From contig NC_086097.1 of NCBI RefSeq assembly GCF_963921235.1, positions 70,806,001-70,870,000 of the forward strand: a DNA stretch of 64,000 bases. The letters are read 5' to 3'. Shown here one piece after another: positions 36,759-50,056 of this stretch (position 1 is the stretch's first letter; each line of letters begins with the position of its first letter). Source of the DNA: Mobula hypostoma. Taxonomy: Eukaryota. The notes beneath the pieces were generated by a model, which was not told the DNA's origin, did no database searches, and saw only the letters and a program-made list of their open reading frames with translations. The position numbers and the translations under genes are program-made.

Positions 36759-39700
36759 TTCCGTGACTCAAAAAATAATTTCCTGGAACAAATATTAAAC
36801 TGTGATCTATATATTAGAATGTAGTTTGGGAAATTGAATGAACATAATATGTTTTATGAGCTTACTGCCTTGTACATACCTTCCAAGATTTTGCATTTTC
36901 TGTTTAAATATACTCCACAGAACTATTAACTGGTGGTCTTTTTTGGTCAAGTATCACAGTCACCCCTCTGATCTATTACATCATTTTTCAGTACTATCCA
37001 AAATAATTAACTCCCCTACTGTAGTAGAGATTGCAGCAGATTCTCTGATATGGGTAAAGCTAAGAGGTACCCATTTGTGTTCACCTTCAAGGTGTGTCTC
37101 TATGAATCCTTTCAAGGTAGGGTCAAGGGTCTTATAAATCCTTTTGTTTAAGTGTTTTATAATGGCACTTTACGAGCAGAAAGCTTTTATCTTCTCAACA
37201 TTTCCATAAGCTTCTCTAGATTCTACTAATACATAGGGGATAATTTACAATGACTGATTAACATAATAATCTGGATGTCTTTGGGATGGTGGAAAGAGCT
37301 GGAGAACCTGGAAGACACTCATGTGGTACTAAGAGAACAGGCCAACTTCACATGGACAGCGTTGGAAGTCATCATTGAACCCAGACTCTGGTCAACTTGC
37401 AGGCCACTGCACTGCCAGAGTACCATTGTGCCACTTGAATCCCCAAAATTTGTATTTTGTGAAAAGAAAGGCATTACATACAGTAATTATTCAGCTATCA
37501 CACAGTCCTAACAAGTTGGCATGTTGGCACAACAATTAGTGCTGCTGATTCATGTTGGTTCATAGCTTGGGCATCCAGGTTCTATCCTGACCTCTAGTGT
37601 TGGCTGTATGGAGTTTACACATTCTCCCCATAATTGTGTGTCTCTCTCCTTAGTGCTTGATTTTCCTCTTGCATGCCAAAAAATGTGCCAGTTGATGAAT
37701 TGGCCCCTGTAAGTTTACGTTCTCAATTAGTAAGGATGTCAGATGTTATGGGGAGAAAACAGGAGAATGGGTTTGAGGAGGAAATTAATCAGCCATGATT
37801 GAATGGTGGAGTGACAGGAAGGGCCGAGTGGCTTAATTCTGCTTCTATGTTTTAAGGTCTTTAGTGGACATTAATGCAAAAAGAAATCAAAGAGGAATTA
37901 ATAGGCATGGGTACGAGTGAATAAGTTACAGGGATACAGGGAAGGAAGATGAGGAGGAATGGGATTTATGTGAATGCTCCTCAGGGAGGAGCATGGACAC
38001 TAAGTTCTAAGTAGACTCCTCTGTTCCATAATAGCTTGATCTTTTATGTTATTTGTCATTGGCAACCATCCTGAGAGCTCTAATAAGTTATCATGGAGCA
38101 CTCTTCACGTTATCTCACAACAACACACAAAAACAGGTGGGTGAACTGTTGACTTGGGCTCTCGGCCATCACTCAGTCAGTGTCTCGAGTAAAGGTACCG
38201 ATCACAACTGGAAGAATAAACCCAATGACACACGTACAACCTGTGAAAGAGAACAGCCTATGTCTATGCTGAGGTCACCGTTTGGATGTTCTGAACAGGA
38301 GAAAAAAATTGCGAATTTCCAGTGTTATTCATGTGTATTTTATGATTCATTTTACTGACAAAAGTGGAGACGGGCTGCTGCTAGAGCCCGAGTCCAGAAA
38401 AGAAAGTGGAAGGAAGCATTTGCACCTTTGCAACATGAGGAGAGTGTCCAAGGGGAAGCAGAACGGGGGATTGATCAGCCAGCTGTCAAAGCAAGGAACC
38501 ACACAGCAAGTAACCTTGGTTTCAAAATATAGAACTTAAAACAAAAATATAAAACTGCCTGTTTTTCCACCACACAAACTAAAAATCCCGCTCTGTATTT
38601 AAGAGTATCTCCTCGAAAAGAAAGGTGCTCGTGTTTTCCCTGCCATCATGGAACACCAAGGGAGAAACTATACGTGTAGGAATAGCTATGTGAACCAGCT
38701 GTGTTTATTATAAACAGCAGCCACAGGAAGTGCACTAAAATCCATTCTTCCTACCTGTAAACCGTTGTAAACATCCAGCAGAATGCCTGCATCGCTGTGA
38801 GCAGACACCAGTGAAATGGTGCTGTAATAAAATGTTCTCACTTACGTTTTTCTGAAGATGGTTTGTTCTCCTGAAATATAGGGAGGCGGTCTTTCCACAG
38901 AATACAGTCCCAGGGGGAAAATAGGAGAACTGGATTGCTGTTAGAAATGGCAACCTTACTTCCAGTTTTTATTTATTAGAGACATTTTGTGATGAAGTTT
39001 CCAGAGGTTCTTCCAAATTGATCTGGTGGAATGTTTATGCCAACTCTGGAGAAACTGCATTTGCTCCTTTCTGTGGATACTTGGATATGTCTTCTTCATA
39101 GAACTCCATGGAAACCATAAGGTTTTATTTTGCTGATGACTTGAAATGGGACCAGTTTCCAATTAGCTCAACTAAATAGTGGAGCATTAATTATGGTGAG
39201 TTGCCAGATTATGGATATTTGTTAAAGGGAAGATTGGAAATTAAAGCAGAAGAAGATAGGAAGTTTTTAGGCAAGGTTTTGTGATTTATTTTGTATCACT
39301 TTAGCAAGGACAGTGATAAGTGCCTTGAATTTGTGGTCTACTGATGTTTGTAATCCATGGGAATCAAGATCTGTGGGGATTGGGTAGGAAAGTGAAGTTG
39401 GCATAGGAGACCTTGAAGAAGGTAAGGAAGATCAATGCAATCAACATATCAGCCCAATTACCTTTTTTCAGAAAATATTACCAACTTGAAAAGTTGAGTC
39501 TGTTTTCCTCACTCCATGCGTGCTCCCAAACCAGTTAGGGCTTGAATTGGTTTTACTTCAGACTTCTTGCAATGGCAATATTATACCTTTCATTTGCTGT
39601 GGAGTGGAATCCAGCCATAGGTTCAGTTTTCTTTCTTGCCATTGCTCTTTAACAGATGCAAAGGTTGAAGCAGCACTGCATATAAAATTATTTGCAGTAA

Positions 39701-41388
39701 ACAGCGCACTGAAAACTTGTTATTTGTCATTAGACTCTGAAGATATTTCATATCATGCAGCAGATGAACTTTCTTTCTTGCCAAGCACTAAACAGTCTAT
39801 ACTCAAGATACGAAATGAAGCCAGAATTTAGAACAAAGAGTAGACTAAGGAAATAAGACAGTATGTACAAATTTCCCATTTATGGAAATAACACAGTAAC
39901 TAAAACATACTATGTATAAACTGGGTATGTGGCTGACTTTATATTTGTTCATTTTTAGTCATATTTGATTTTATGAGCAGAAAGTGCCAACTGTAATGGA
40001 TAGTTTCTAATGCTGATAAATATTGTTAAAAATAATGTGCATTCTAATTTCTAGGGGATTTTGTAATATAAACAAGAGTGCAAAGAATATGGAGGCCCAG
40101 GTTTTATTTTGTTCTGCATGACTTACAGTAGCTCATTTTAAGCATTTATTATGGCAAACATTGAAATGTATGTATCTCATCTCAAAGAAAAATTACCACT
40201 TTGATCTGCTTGACTGTCAAAAGGAGTAAAATTTATAACAATCAAAAGAGTGATCATTTAGAATCAGAGATTTCATATGAAAATACTCTTGGCTTCCATA
40301 CCAAACATTTGGCAAGAGGAATTAAAGCAGCTTTTAAAATAAAATCTCTTTTACAGTGAAATTTATATTTTGTAAGAAGAGATAATGTACATTTACAGCA
40401 AAGTAGATAGTTGCTTCTAAAAGAAGGACTCTTAAGGTTCATAGAAACAAACTGGATTTGGCTTTCCCTTAGGATTCAGGTTGGTTATATAAATGAATTT
40501 ATTCTTTCTTTGAACTCCCCTTCTCAATGGAAAACATTTTATTTGGTCACTAGTGTACACTACAAGAGAGAGGAGTTACATGACTAACTATTAGCCAGCT
40601 TAAGGCAAGAAACAAAGCCATTTTTGTTTCATAAAAAAAACTGTTTGAATTTCATTAGCTCTTCTGATGCTTCACAAAATTCCAGGAAACAGTCTAAATA
40701 AAGTTAATTATTTATTATAAAAAATTTCATCACATGGGTTAATTGTAGCAAGTAGCTTAAGGACATGTTCAGAAACTGCCCATGCCTTCCACCCTACCAT
40801 ATTCAATGGTATGTTCATCTGTAATTTCTACATCTGTCAACATTACACCACAACCGCACACCCCTCAACTCATTACCTTTCAGCATTTGCAAAGAGCTTT
40901 CTCTTTATCACTCCCTAGTTCACCCCTCCAATTCCACCACCAACTTCCCTTCTCAAAGTATCTTTCCATGCACTTTCGGGAGATACAACTCATGTGGTTT
41001 ACATCTTCCTTTTCCATTGCACAGGAGCCAAGCATTTCTTGCAGGTGAAGTAGTCACTCACTTGTATTTTTCAAATCTGGTATGACGCTTTCAGTGCTCA
41101 CAGTATGGTGTCCCCTTCCTGAGAGAAAGCAAACATACTGTTGCAGGGAATTAGGTTCACAGATTTTGTAAAGGGTACAGAAGACACCAAACTACAGGTA
41201 AGTTTTTAACCATTTAACATTCAAAGTACACAGACACTCCTCTAGGTGCTCATGGGACTTCTATCTGCAGCACGGTTCCAAATCTTCTTTGGCACTGGTC
41301 ACATGATCCCCAGTTCACAGTGTGTCCAGAACATGATAGCTACACATGCATTACATTTATAAACTAGCAGTACTTTGAAACCTTTTTC

Positions 41389-42035
41389 TGTTATATTGGC
41401 TCGTATATGTCTAGGAGAAATCCCACCCAGCACCTGCCTCAACGCTTCCCACGGAGTCGGTTGCCACCCGAATCAAGCCCAAACATCAATCATCAGCCAG
41501 CACACCCAGTAAATTTTAACAAGTACACTTTATAGATATTACTAATTCTAGGACATTAATATAAATTCGATACAGAAAGGGAAGTAATGGAAAAAAAAGG
41601 CGCCAAGACTTATCAAAGTCCAAGTTCTTCGCACGCAACTGTTGGAGCTCAATCGCTTCCTGACGACCACCCGGATCCTGTCAGCTCACGGCTCGGGACC
41701 ACCCAGAGTGATCGACCGGAGCCTTTCCGCACGTCCGCCGTCCTCCCCATCTCTCCTCCGACTCCCCGTCAAAAACCCCGTCTCTCCTCCGACCCCCCGT
41801 CGCTCCACCGTCCTCCCCGTCTCTCCTCTGACTCCCCGCCAAAACCCCGTCCCCAGTCATATGATACAGCATTGTATCGAAAACAAAACGATGCATGAAC
41901 ACCCATTGGTTAATAGCACCCAGCTATCTCTAATAACCCAAGCAGCTGTCTAGTTAGAGACTTTCTCAGCATTCTCCAGTATAACCTAACAAAAGAAGCC
42001 ATTTTAAATTTAACAAAAAAGAAAGACCCCGTACA
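41389..42035 (-). mobile_element. Solo LTR-like element
   Basis: TGT...ACA termini and a CpG-rich interior unlike the flanks. No TSD was found. Confidence 0.55.
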
Positions 42036-42039
42036 CACA

Positions 42040-44268
42040 GCTCAGGAGAGTGTTCAGAGATTTCTTTCTGCAACCAAAAGTGTTGATATGATTTTATAAA
42101 ACCTCAGCTTCAGCTCATTTTCTAGCAAGTTCAGTTCTTCCTCCATCCTTCCTGTTAATTCCTTATAACGTGTTCACGAATGGACTTACTGCCCAATTTG
42201 GAATTTAGATTGAGAGAAGATCCTGAAATCACTCTGACATGTTTTTATGTAGGTCGTCTTGGTGGGTACAGTAAAGTTGAAAATCATCAGCTGGTGTTCT
42301 TTCTTTCTCTTCCAACTCAGGCTGGGAAATTGGAAAAGGTTGCAACAGCCAATGTTGCCATTAAATAGGGTTAACTTGGACAGAAATGTGGAGACAACTG
42401 ATTTGACTTTGATAAGATTCACATAATTTTCTTGCAATTGATGATTGATTTCATTAAACTGCGAATAATTCTGACAAATAAGCAATGACATGCCAGCTAT
42501 TCTTGAGTTGATTATTGAATGAAACATTAGAGTCTTCAAAGAGTGTTATTACTTTTTCCAAAAACACATAAAAGCATCTCAGAATCTGTTTTGAGAGTCA
42601 TCTAATTTCTGTATGCAACAACAAGTGTTCATACTGTTCATCCTTCTCAATACAAAGCTCTTGAAAGAATCGACACAGCAAATGTGGGCTGAAGGGCCTG
42701 TACTGTGCTGTACTATTCTATGTTCTATGTTCTAAGTAGTCGAGAATTGAGAGAATGATACTTAATTTTATTTACCGCTGTGATAACAGTATTTAATGAT
42801 TTGTGCAGCCAATCAATTAAGATTTTTGTGACAAGATGTTGTTTGTGAATTACACAGTGAATGGTAAATATGTTAGCTGCAGCTTTTTTCGAGAAACTGA
42901 TAAACACAAGGTGGCATCCTATTGTTTACTGTGCCCCATCTGTTGTACAAGCAAGAATATTGGAAAGCAGTATGCCCTTCTAGTTTTAAAAAAAAATTGC
43001 TTAACAACCTGAAATATTGACTTCCCCTTTGTATCTGTTTCTAGTCCCTTTACAAATAACAAATCTTGAACCATCTTTAATGAAGTGAACATAACCAAGA
43101 AGCAAAGATTTGTTACCTGGCAAAGTTGACTCATTGAACTGTTTTTCAAAGTCAGTTGCACAATGTGTCTTCTACCTTCTCAGATATTTAATTTATTTGT
43201 CTTTGAACAGTGATGATGCTGACCAGAGTCACTTTAATTATTTGGTTTGGTAACTTGTGCAAAACCATATCAGGACCTCTGTTACTGCTGGTAGAATCAG
43301 TTCTTCTCCAATTATATCATCAGATTTAGTGATGAGCAATGAAATGAATGAAGCACACAAATCATCACTGTTTCAGTGTGAAATGCTGGCAAACATGTTT
43401 TGAAGGGTTTTCCATTTCTGAAAGTTTTCAAAAAGTGACTGAAAATAAGCCAAGTGTCGGATGGTTTCATTGCCTCATTTGAAAGAAAATATTTCACACA
43501 GCAGGCACATTTGCTGCTGTTGGTTGCTTGGTGCTGGTATAAACCCTTATTTCAGATACTCCACACTATACCATCTACACTTATTTTCCATTTGGACTGC
43601 TTCTGCATTTTCATTATGAATTAATGACCACAGTCAATCGCCTGTTGTTTAAGTGTAGCCTCAAGTTCTGTAATCGATAAAGCAGAAAGTTATGATGTCA
43701 TCATAGCTCAGACAAAACCTGAGCCTCTGCTTGAAGGTACATAACTGGGACACCAATAATTCAGTTGAGCCATGGGCCATAGAAATGTAGTGAAGACCAT
43801 TTGAAAGGACAGATTCTTCAACTTTACCCCATTGAATGCCATACCCTAATTCATAGGAATTGTGTCACTGTGTGATTAAAGTATGGGAGTCATACGAGCT
43901 AATACTGTACTACAGTAGTGAACGGCAATAAAGTGTGGGTTGGTCCCGGAAATAACACAATTGCCTCTGTCCAGATTTCTCATGATTTGCCAAATATAGA
44001 ACTGTCATATTGCTCTTAAACAAACATTTCACGCTTCGAGCAAAGCCTAAGAAAATGTGGGTTAGCTAGAGATGAGGTGATTACATAATCATTGTAATCA
44101 ACTATGAGGCACTGAGGATCAAATATTTATAATAAGTAATTCATTTCTTGTTAAATCAGTAATCCCTCAGCTGCCTTCTTGCGACCAAGCGCACCTCTTT
44201 TATCTTTATCTCCCCCTTAGAAACTCCCACCGCCCCCCAATATCACCCCCTCTGCTTTAAATCATTTC
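42040..44268 (-). mobile_element. hAT (Charlie/Buster-like) DNA transposon remnant
   Basis: Frameshifted transposase fragments LSNEAMKPS, LETDTKGKSIF, IHCVIHKQHL, ITAVNKIK and KSVVSTFLSKL. The subterminal region 43940-44250 matches 49727-50056. Confidence 0.85.
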
Positions 44269-45554
44269 AGAAAATAACTTGCTCTTAAGGATTAAACCAT
44301 TAACAAACCATTAGGCACCTGTACTGCTTTATGCAAGCATCTCACCCCACTATGGTTGCAGTCAGTTTATGGTCATCTGGTGGATCACCACCGCCGTTGT
44401 ACACATCTCTGACCAAAGCCTACTGGCAAAGGCCCTTCATCTACTGTGCTCTGGTACTTGATAACCATTCGAGAAGAGAGAGGTACCTAACTTAAACTGC
44501 CATTGTTACTCGATCCCATAAAGATTTAGTATCCCCTTGGGAAATGGGCGGCATTCTGTGTAGGGATTTGGCCCGAAATGTCGACTGTGCTTTTTTCCAT
44601 AGATACTGCTTGACCTGCTGAGGTCCTCCAGCATTTTGTGTGTATGGCATTTTCAATGTGTTATTTATCAGGTGATGGGAAAACAGCACCACCCCCCACC
44701 CCCCCACCCCAGTGTGGCCGTTTCTCTATTAGATAAAATCACTCTGGCACCTCCCCGCCTCCCATATCCTCAATTGCCACATGGATAGAGGATCCCCTGG
44801 TTTTGTCTACAATATATCTATCCCTAGTTCCACCAGTTCTTTTGCAGAAAACTCTGTAATCATTGTTGTTTCGGGTAGCATTATGCTATCCACCCCATGT
44901 TCCTCTTCCTCATCCTATCCCACGGGGGGTGGGGTTTGGAGGGGCCACAGGCCAAAGCCCCTCAAGGGTAATTTTTTAACCATTTATCAACAAAACCAAG
45001 ACAAACACTGAAACATTCGAGTTACACAGATACTCATGTAAGTGTGCTCATGGGCCCTTTATCTGCAGCACACTTTCAAATCTTTCTGTGGCACTGTTTG
45101 TTCAATCCCCAGTCTCTGGCGAGCCCAGAGCATGAGAGCTCCATTTATATGCTAGTGGTACTTTGATGCCAGAAGCATGTGCTGTGGTGCTGGAAACAAC
45201 CATGCTGCAGTGTTCTTCAAACAGGCCGATCAATAACGAACATGGCAGCAGTGGCTTTCGACTGACAGATAGAACTTACCTTTCACACTACAACAGATTG
45301 GATGACCATTTTGCAAACAAAAATTGCCTTTGTTCAGATCCCAAGGAACCTCAGAAGTCTGGTGACCAGCCCGTTTATTTCATCAGCCCACTCCCATGCT
45401 CACTATTACTTCTTGCGTTTTTCTTGAAGTCCAAAATAAGGCTCAAGGATCTTCTGACCAGACATATTGAACCCTTGGGACTAAATTGAACTATTTCAGA
45501 TAACTAGCCTTTCCAGTTTGTGCCATCAATCTGCACTGTTAATTGAATTACATA

Positions 45555-45785
45555 AACACAAGACAAACGTAACTGCAGATGCTGGATATTCAGAGTAATA
45601 CATACAAAATGCTGGAGGAACTCCGCAAGTCAGGCAGCAACATGGAGAGGAATAAGCAGATGACATTTCGAGGTGTGACTTTTCTGTGGTACTAATGAAG
45701 GACCTTGACCTGAAATGTCGACTGTTTATTCTTCCCCATAGCTGCTGCCTGATCTGCTGAGTTTCTCCAGCATTTTGAATGTTAT
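45555..45785. mobile_element. Fold-back Penelope-terminus derivative
   Basis: Antisense arm aaaatgctggaggaactccgcaagtcaggcagc..acatttcg, then sense arm tgaaatgtcgac..gctgcctgatctgctgagtttctccagcatttt. Confidence 0.8.
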
Positions 45786-46109
45786 TCATGTTAATTCATT
45801 TTTTTAAATCTCCACATTTATCTTAAGTATTTCCAGCATTTGCTGTTTAATTTCATATTTTAATACAGTATCAGTATTGTTCTATGTCTTATTGTTCCAG
45901 CAATCTTTCTTGTATTTTCTCTGTTTTCATTCATTTTCTACGTATTCTTTCTCCAGACAAAACAATTATGATGAACAAACGTTCAACGTCCTCTCCTGGC
46001 TTCCAGATCTAACCACTGAGTGTGATATTGCAGAGATTCACCATTGCGGCTCGAGGCAAGCCTGTTGTGCACCAAAACATAGTGCAATGTTTCACGTGGC
46101 TGGCCCAAT

Positions 46110-46762
46110 ATTATGATGATTATGATTATGAGGTCACGCAGTCCCCTTTTATTCTCATTTAGTAATGCATGCATTAAGAAATGATAAAGATGTATTTCCA
46201 GAATGATATCATGAAAACACATGACAAACCGACTTAAAAACTAACAAAAACCACATAATTATAATGTATAGTTACAACAGTGCAAAGCAATACCATAATT
46301 TGATAAGAACAGACCATGGCATAGTAGAAACCTCTGGGTCTCTCAAAGTCCCATCATCTCACGCAGACGGTAAACCTCCAGCGCCGCCAACTTGCCGATG
46401 CAGCATCCCAGAAGCATCCGACCACAGTCCAACCCAAGTCCATCCGAAAAACTCCGAGGCTCCGACCACCTCCCGACACCGATGCACTGAGCACCATCTC
46501 TACCGAGCGTTTTGACCCCGGCCTCAGCAACAGGCGATACGCAAAGCCAAGGATTTGGGGCCTACATCTCCGGAGATTCTCGATCGCACAGTTGCGGCGG
46601 CAGCGAAGTGGGCATTTCAGAAGTTGCTCCAGATGTTCCTCTGTGCTTTCACGGCTGTCCCCATTAAATCTGGATTGATGCACGGCACCCCTAGTTACAC
46701 ATATCGATATTCATTCGGAACGGCCGTGCGCGCTGCGCCGCGTCGCCATCTTCTCCTCCCTC
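46110..46762 (-). mobile_element. Full-length ~650 bp non-coding retroelement with YY1-like head and (cataat)n tail
   Basis: Colinear with 18465-19092 and shares the same 5' end GAGGGAGGAGAAGATGGCG. Confidence 0.85.
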
Positions 46763-46999
46763 CTTATTTGCTTTCAGGTTAATTTTCTATACAATTTAAG
46801 CTGTTACATTTTGTTGCCGGGAAAATAGCTGTGAGCCAGTCAATAGGTCTTTTGCTTTCCCTCATTTCTCTATGTTCCCTATATAGCTTTCTCTATTTTC
46901 ATCTCTTGATGTGACAGCTTCAATTATATGTCCCCCAAGTCATTTTTGAGAGTAGAAGCTATTTCGAGGTAGAAGGGCTATGCTTGAGGTCTAAGTGCA

Positions 47000-49725
47000 G
47001 AAGCTTTGACGAGCAAGGTTTTATCAGGGACACTGCACAGCGATGAGACACATTATGTCAATGTGAGGTCTTTCCTTGTTCTTTCTTTCAGCACAATACT
47101 AATTTCAGAGGCGGAGCTGTCAGTCAGTGGAGATTGGAATGCTCCACCTATGAAGTGTGGGAGATCAGGCAGAAACCAGATGTTTCTGACGACTGCATTT
47201 GCAGGAAATGTATCCAGCTGTACCCTCCCTCACACGATATGGATCGGTTGGGCTCACCGAGGAATGTACAGGAGGCACAAGGTGGCCACATCACAGGTTC
47301 AGCCGGATAGATGGGTGACCACCAGAAGGGTAGTTCCAGGGACCCTGTCTCTATACTCCTCTCAAGCAAGTGTACTGTTTTGGAGACTGTTGAAGGAAAA
47401 GTGGCCACTCAAGGATCAGTGGTATCACAACCAGCTGTGTTGTACAACAGGGAAAGTAAAGATCTAGGTGAGCAATAGTGATAGGGGACTCAATGTCAGG
47501 GGCATGGAGAGGCATTTCATCACTGAACTGGGACTGTTCCCACTGAACTGGACTCACTTTCGGAGACTCTTTATCTCATATTTTTGACATTAATTGCTTA
47601 CTTATTTATTATTACTAATATTTTTCTCTTTTTTTTATTTGTGCAGTTCTTTGCACAGTAGTTGTTCATCTGAACTGTTGGGTGTGGTCTTTATTGATTA
47701 TCATGTTTCTTGTGTTTACTGTAATTGCCTGCAAAAAAAGATGAATCTTAGTATTGTATATAGTGACATATGTACTTCGATAATAAATTTACTTTGAACT
47801 TTGATTTCTGTGATCAAGCACAAGATTCCAGGATGGTGCGTTACCCCCCTGGTTCATTCTCATGGATGTCTCTGAGTGGGAGCAGGATATTCTGAAAGGG
47901 GAGGGAGAGCAGCCACAGGTCATTGTTCAAATTGGTTCTAAAAACACAGACAAGAAGAGTGAAGAAGTCCTGCAAAGTCATACTAGCTAGGTGTACAACA
48001 TAGAACATAGAACTGTAAGCATAGTACAGACCCTTTGGCCAATGATTAGTGCTGACCTTTTAACCCTCTCCAAGGTCACTCTAATCCAAGGGTTTTCAAC
48101 CTGGAGACCAGGGACCTGTCCGTTAATGGTAGGGGTCCATGGCATAAACAAGGTTGGGAGCCCGTGTTCTAATCCTTCCCTCCTACAGAGCCCACCATCT
48201 TTCTTTCATCCACGTACCTAAGAATCTTTTAAACAATGTATCTGCCTTTACCACCATCCCTGGCCATGCACCCACACCCACAGACTAACTTCAACATGCC
48301 CCTATTCCTCTAATCACTTTAAAATGATGACCTCTTGTATTAACCATTTCTACCCCAAAGTAAAAGTCTCTGGCTGACCAGTGTACTTATGCCTTTTATC
48401 GTCCTATGTTCCTCTATCACATTACCTCTCGTCATCTTTTTCTCCAAAGAGAAAAGCCCTAGCTCGCTCAAACTATCGTCAGAACAAATGCTCTCTAATT
48501 TAAGCAATGTTCTGTAAATCTCCTCTGCACCATCTCTAAAGCTTCTGCATCCTTCATGTAATGAGGTGACCAGAACTGAACAAAATGCTCCGAGTGTAGT
48601 CTGGCCAGAGTTTTATAGAGCTGCAACCTTACCTCATTGATCCTGAACTCAGTCCCAGACTAATGAAGGCTAACACGCCATACATGTCATTAACCACCCT
48701 TTCAATGTGTGCAGCTACATTGGGGGATCTGTGGATATAGACCCCAAAATCCCTCTGTTCCTGTATATTGCTAAGAATCATGTCACTAAGTTGTACTCTT
48801 CTTTCAAGTCCAACCTTTCAAAGGGTATTACTTCACACTTTTCTGGATCGAACTCCATCTGTCGCTTCTCAACCCGGCTGTGCATCCCCTCGAATTCAGG
48901 TGTAACCCGTCCTTTTTGTACAGGTCATACTTTCCCCCAGAAGAGACCCCATAATCAGAAATCTGAAACCCTGCTCCCTGCACCAATTTCTCAGCCGCAC
49001 ATTCATTTGCCAAATCATCCTCTTCTTATCCTCACTGGCATGTGGCACAGGCAGCAATCCAGAGATTTCTACTCTTGAAGTCCTGATTTTCAGCTTCCTA
49101 TATTCTCTCGTCTGGACATCATCCGTTTTACTACCGGTGTCATTGCTACCAATCTGTATCACAATTTCAAGCTGCTCACCTTCCCCCTTCAGGATACCAT
49201 GGAGCTGATCAGAGATTTCCCTGATTCTGGCGCCTGGGAGGAACATACCATCTGAGTTACCCCATCTTAATAATACTCCATCACCACTGCTCTCCTCTTC
49301 ACTGCACCCGCCCCCCGGTTCTCGTCTGAGTCACAGAAAGAGACAGTGCCAGAGATCTGGTTACTGCAATTTTTCCCTGGTAGATCATCCCTCTGAACAC
49401 TATTCAAAGCAATATACTCGTTATTGAAGAAAGCAGCCATAGGGGTGCTCTGCACTATCTGCCTAGTTTCTTTCCCTCTCCTGACATTTACCCAGCTACC
49501 TGCCTTCTGCAACTTAGGTGTGACTATCTCCCTGTAGCACCTATCTATCACCTCCTCATTCTCCAGATGAAAGTGGGATCATATTGAATAGCATTGGATC
49601 ATATTCTAAGGAACAGTTCAATTTGCATTCGGCAAAGCAAGGACTGATTAGAGATAGTCAGCTTGGCTTTGTGTGCAGGAATTTTTTCAAAAATTTGTTT
49701 TGAGTTTTTTAAAGAGGTGACCAAG
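47000..49725. mobile_element. Cluster of CR1 fragments (plus-strand ORF1/ORF2 pieces and a minus-strand internally deleted copy at ~47997-49565)
   Basis: IVIGDS motif at ~47475 (+). LPGARIREI..IGSND..ISGLLPVP..DGLHLN on minus. SQLGFV..CFEFFKEVTK at 49655-49725 (+). Confidence 0.75.
48087..48166. mobile_element. 80 bp hAT MITE
   Basis: Imperfect TIRs CAAGGGTTTTCAACCT / AGGTTGGGAGCCCGTG and an 8 bp TSD ctctaatc (48079-48086) / ttctaatc (48167-48174). Confidence 0.8.
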
Positions 49726-49726
49726 A

Positions 49727-50056
49727 GGGCCCGGAAGTAACACAATTTCTTCAGTACAGATTTCTCATGATATGCCAGATTCGGAAGTGTCACATTTTTC
49801 AACACTTTGAGCAAAATCTAAGAGAATAGTGGGTTAGCAAGAGATGAAGTGATTACATGATCATTGTAATCAATTATGAGACAGTGAGGATCAAATGCTT
49901 ACAATATGTAATTCATTTCTTAAAGTAATACTGTAATCCTTAACCTTCTCCCCATGCTACCGAGTGTCCTCCCCACCACTGCCTTTATCTGTATCACTCT
50001 CTTAGAAAGTCCTGCTGCCCTTGAGGGGGCGATACTGCCCTTTTTGTGAACCACTG
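49727..50056 (-). mobile_element. hAT Charlie-like terminal fragment
   Basis: The minus strand begins CAGTGGTTCACAAA (Charlie-type TIR) and is homologous to 43940-44250. Confidence 0.75.

Larger units (their letters stand above)
41139..45292 (-). mobile_element. Probable old LTR-bounded insertion interrupting a Penelope GIY-YIG remnant
   Basis: The block starts TG and ends CA, with diverged direct repeats at ~41198-41378 and ~44968-45166. The flanks join as a PLE-like gagaaagcaaac|acagattggatgaccattttgc. Confidence 0.5.

Noticed and set aside
38700..39170. Possible L1/Tx1 C-terminal remnant or pseudogene (IWKNLWKL)
   Set aside because: There is only vague motif resemblance, which cannot be supported without a profile search.
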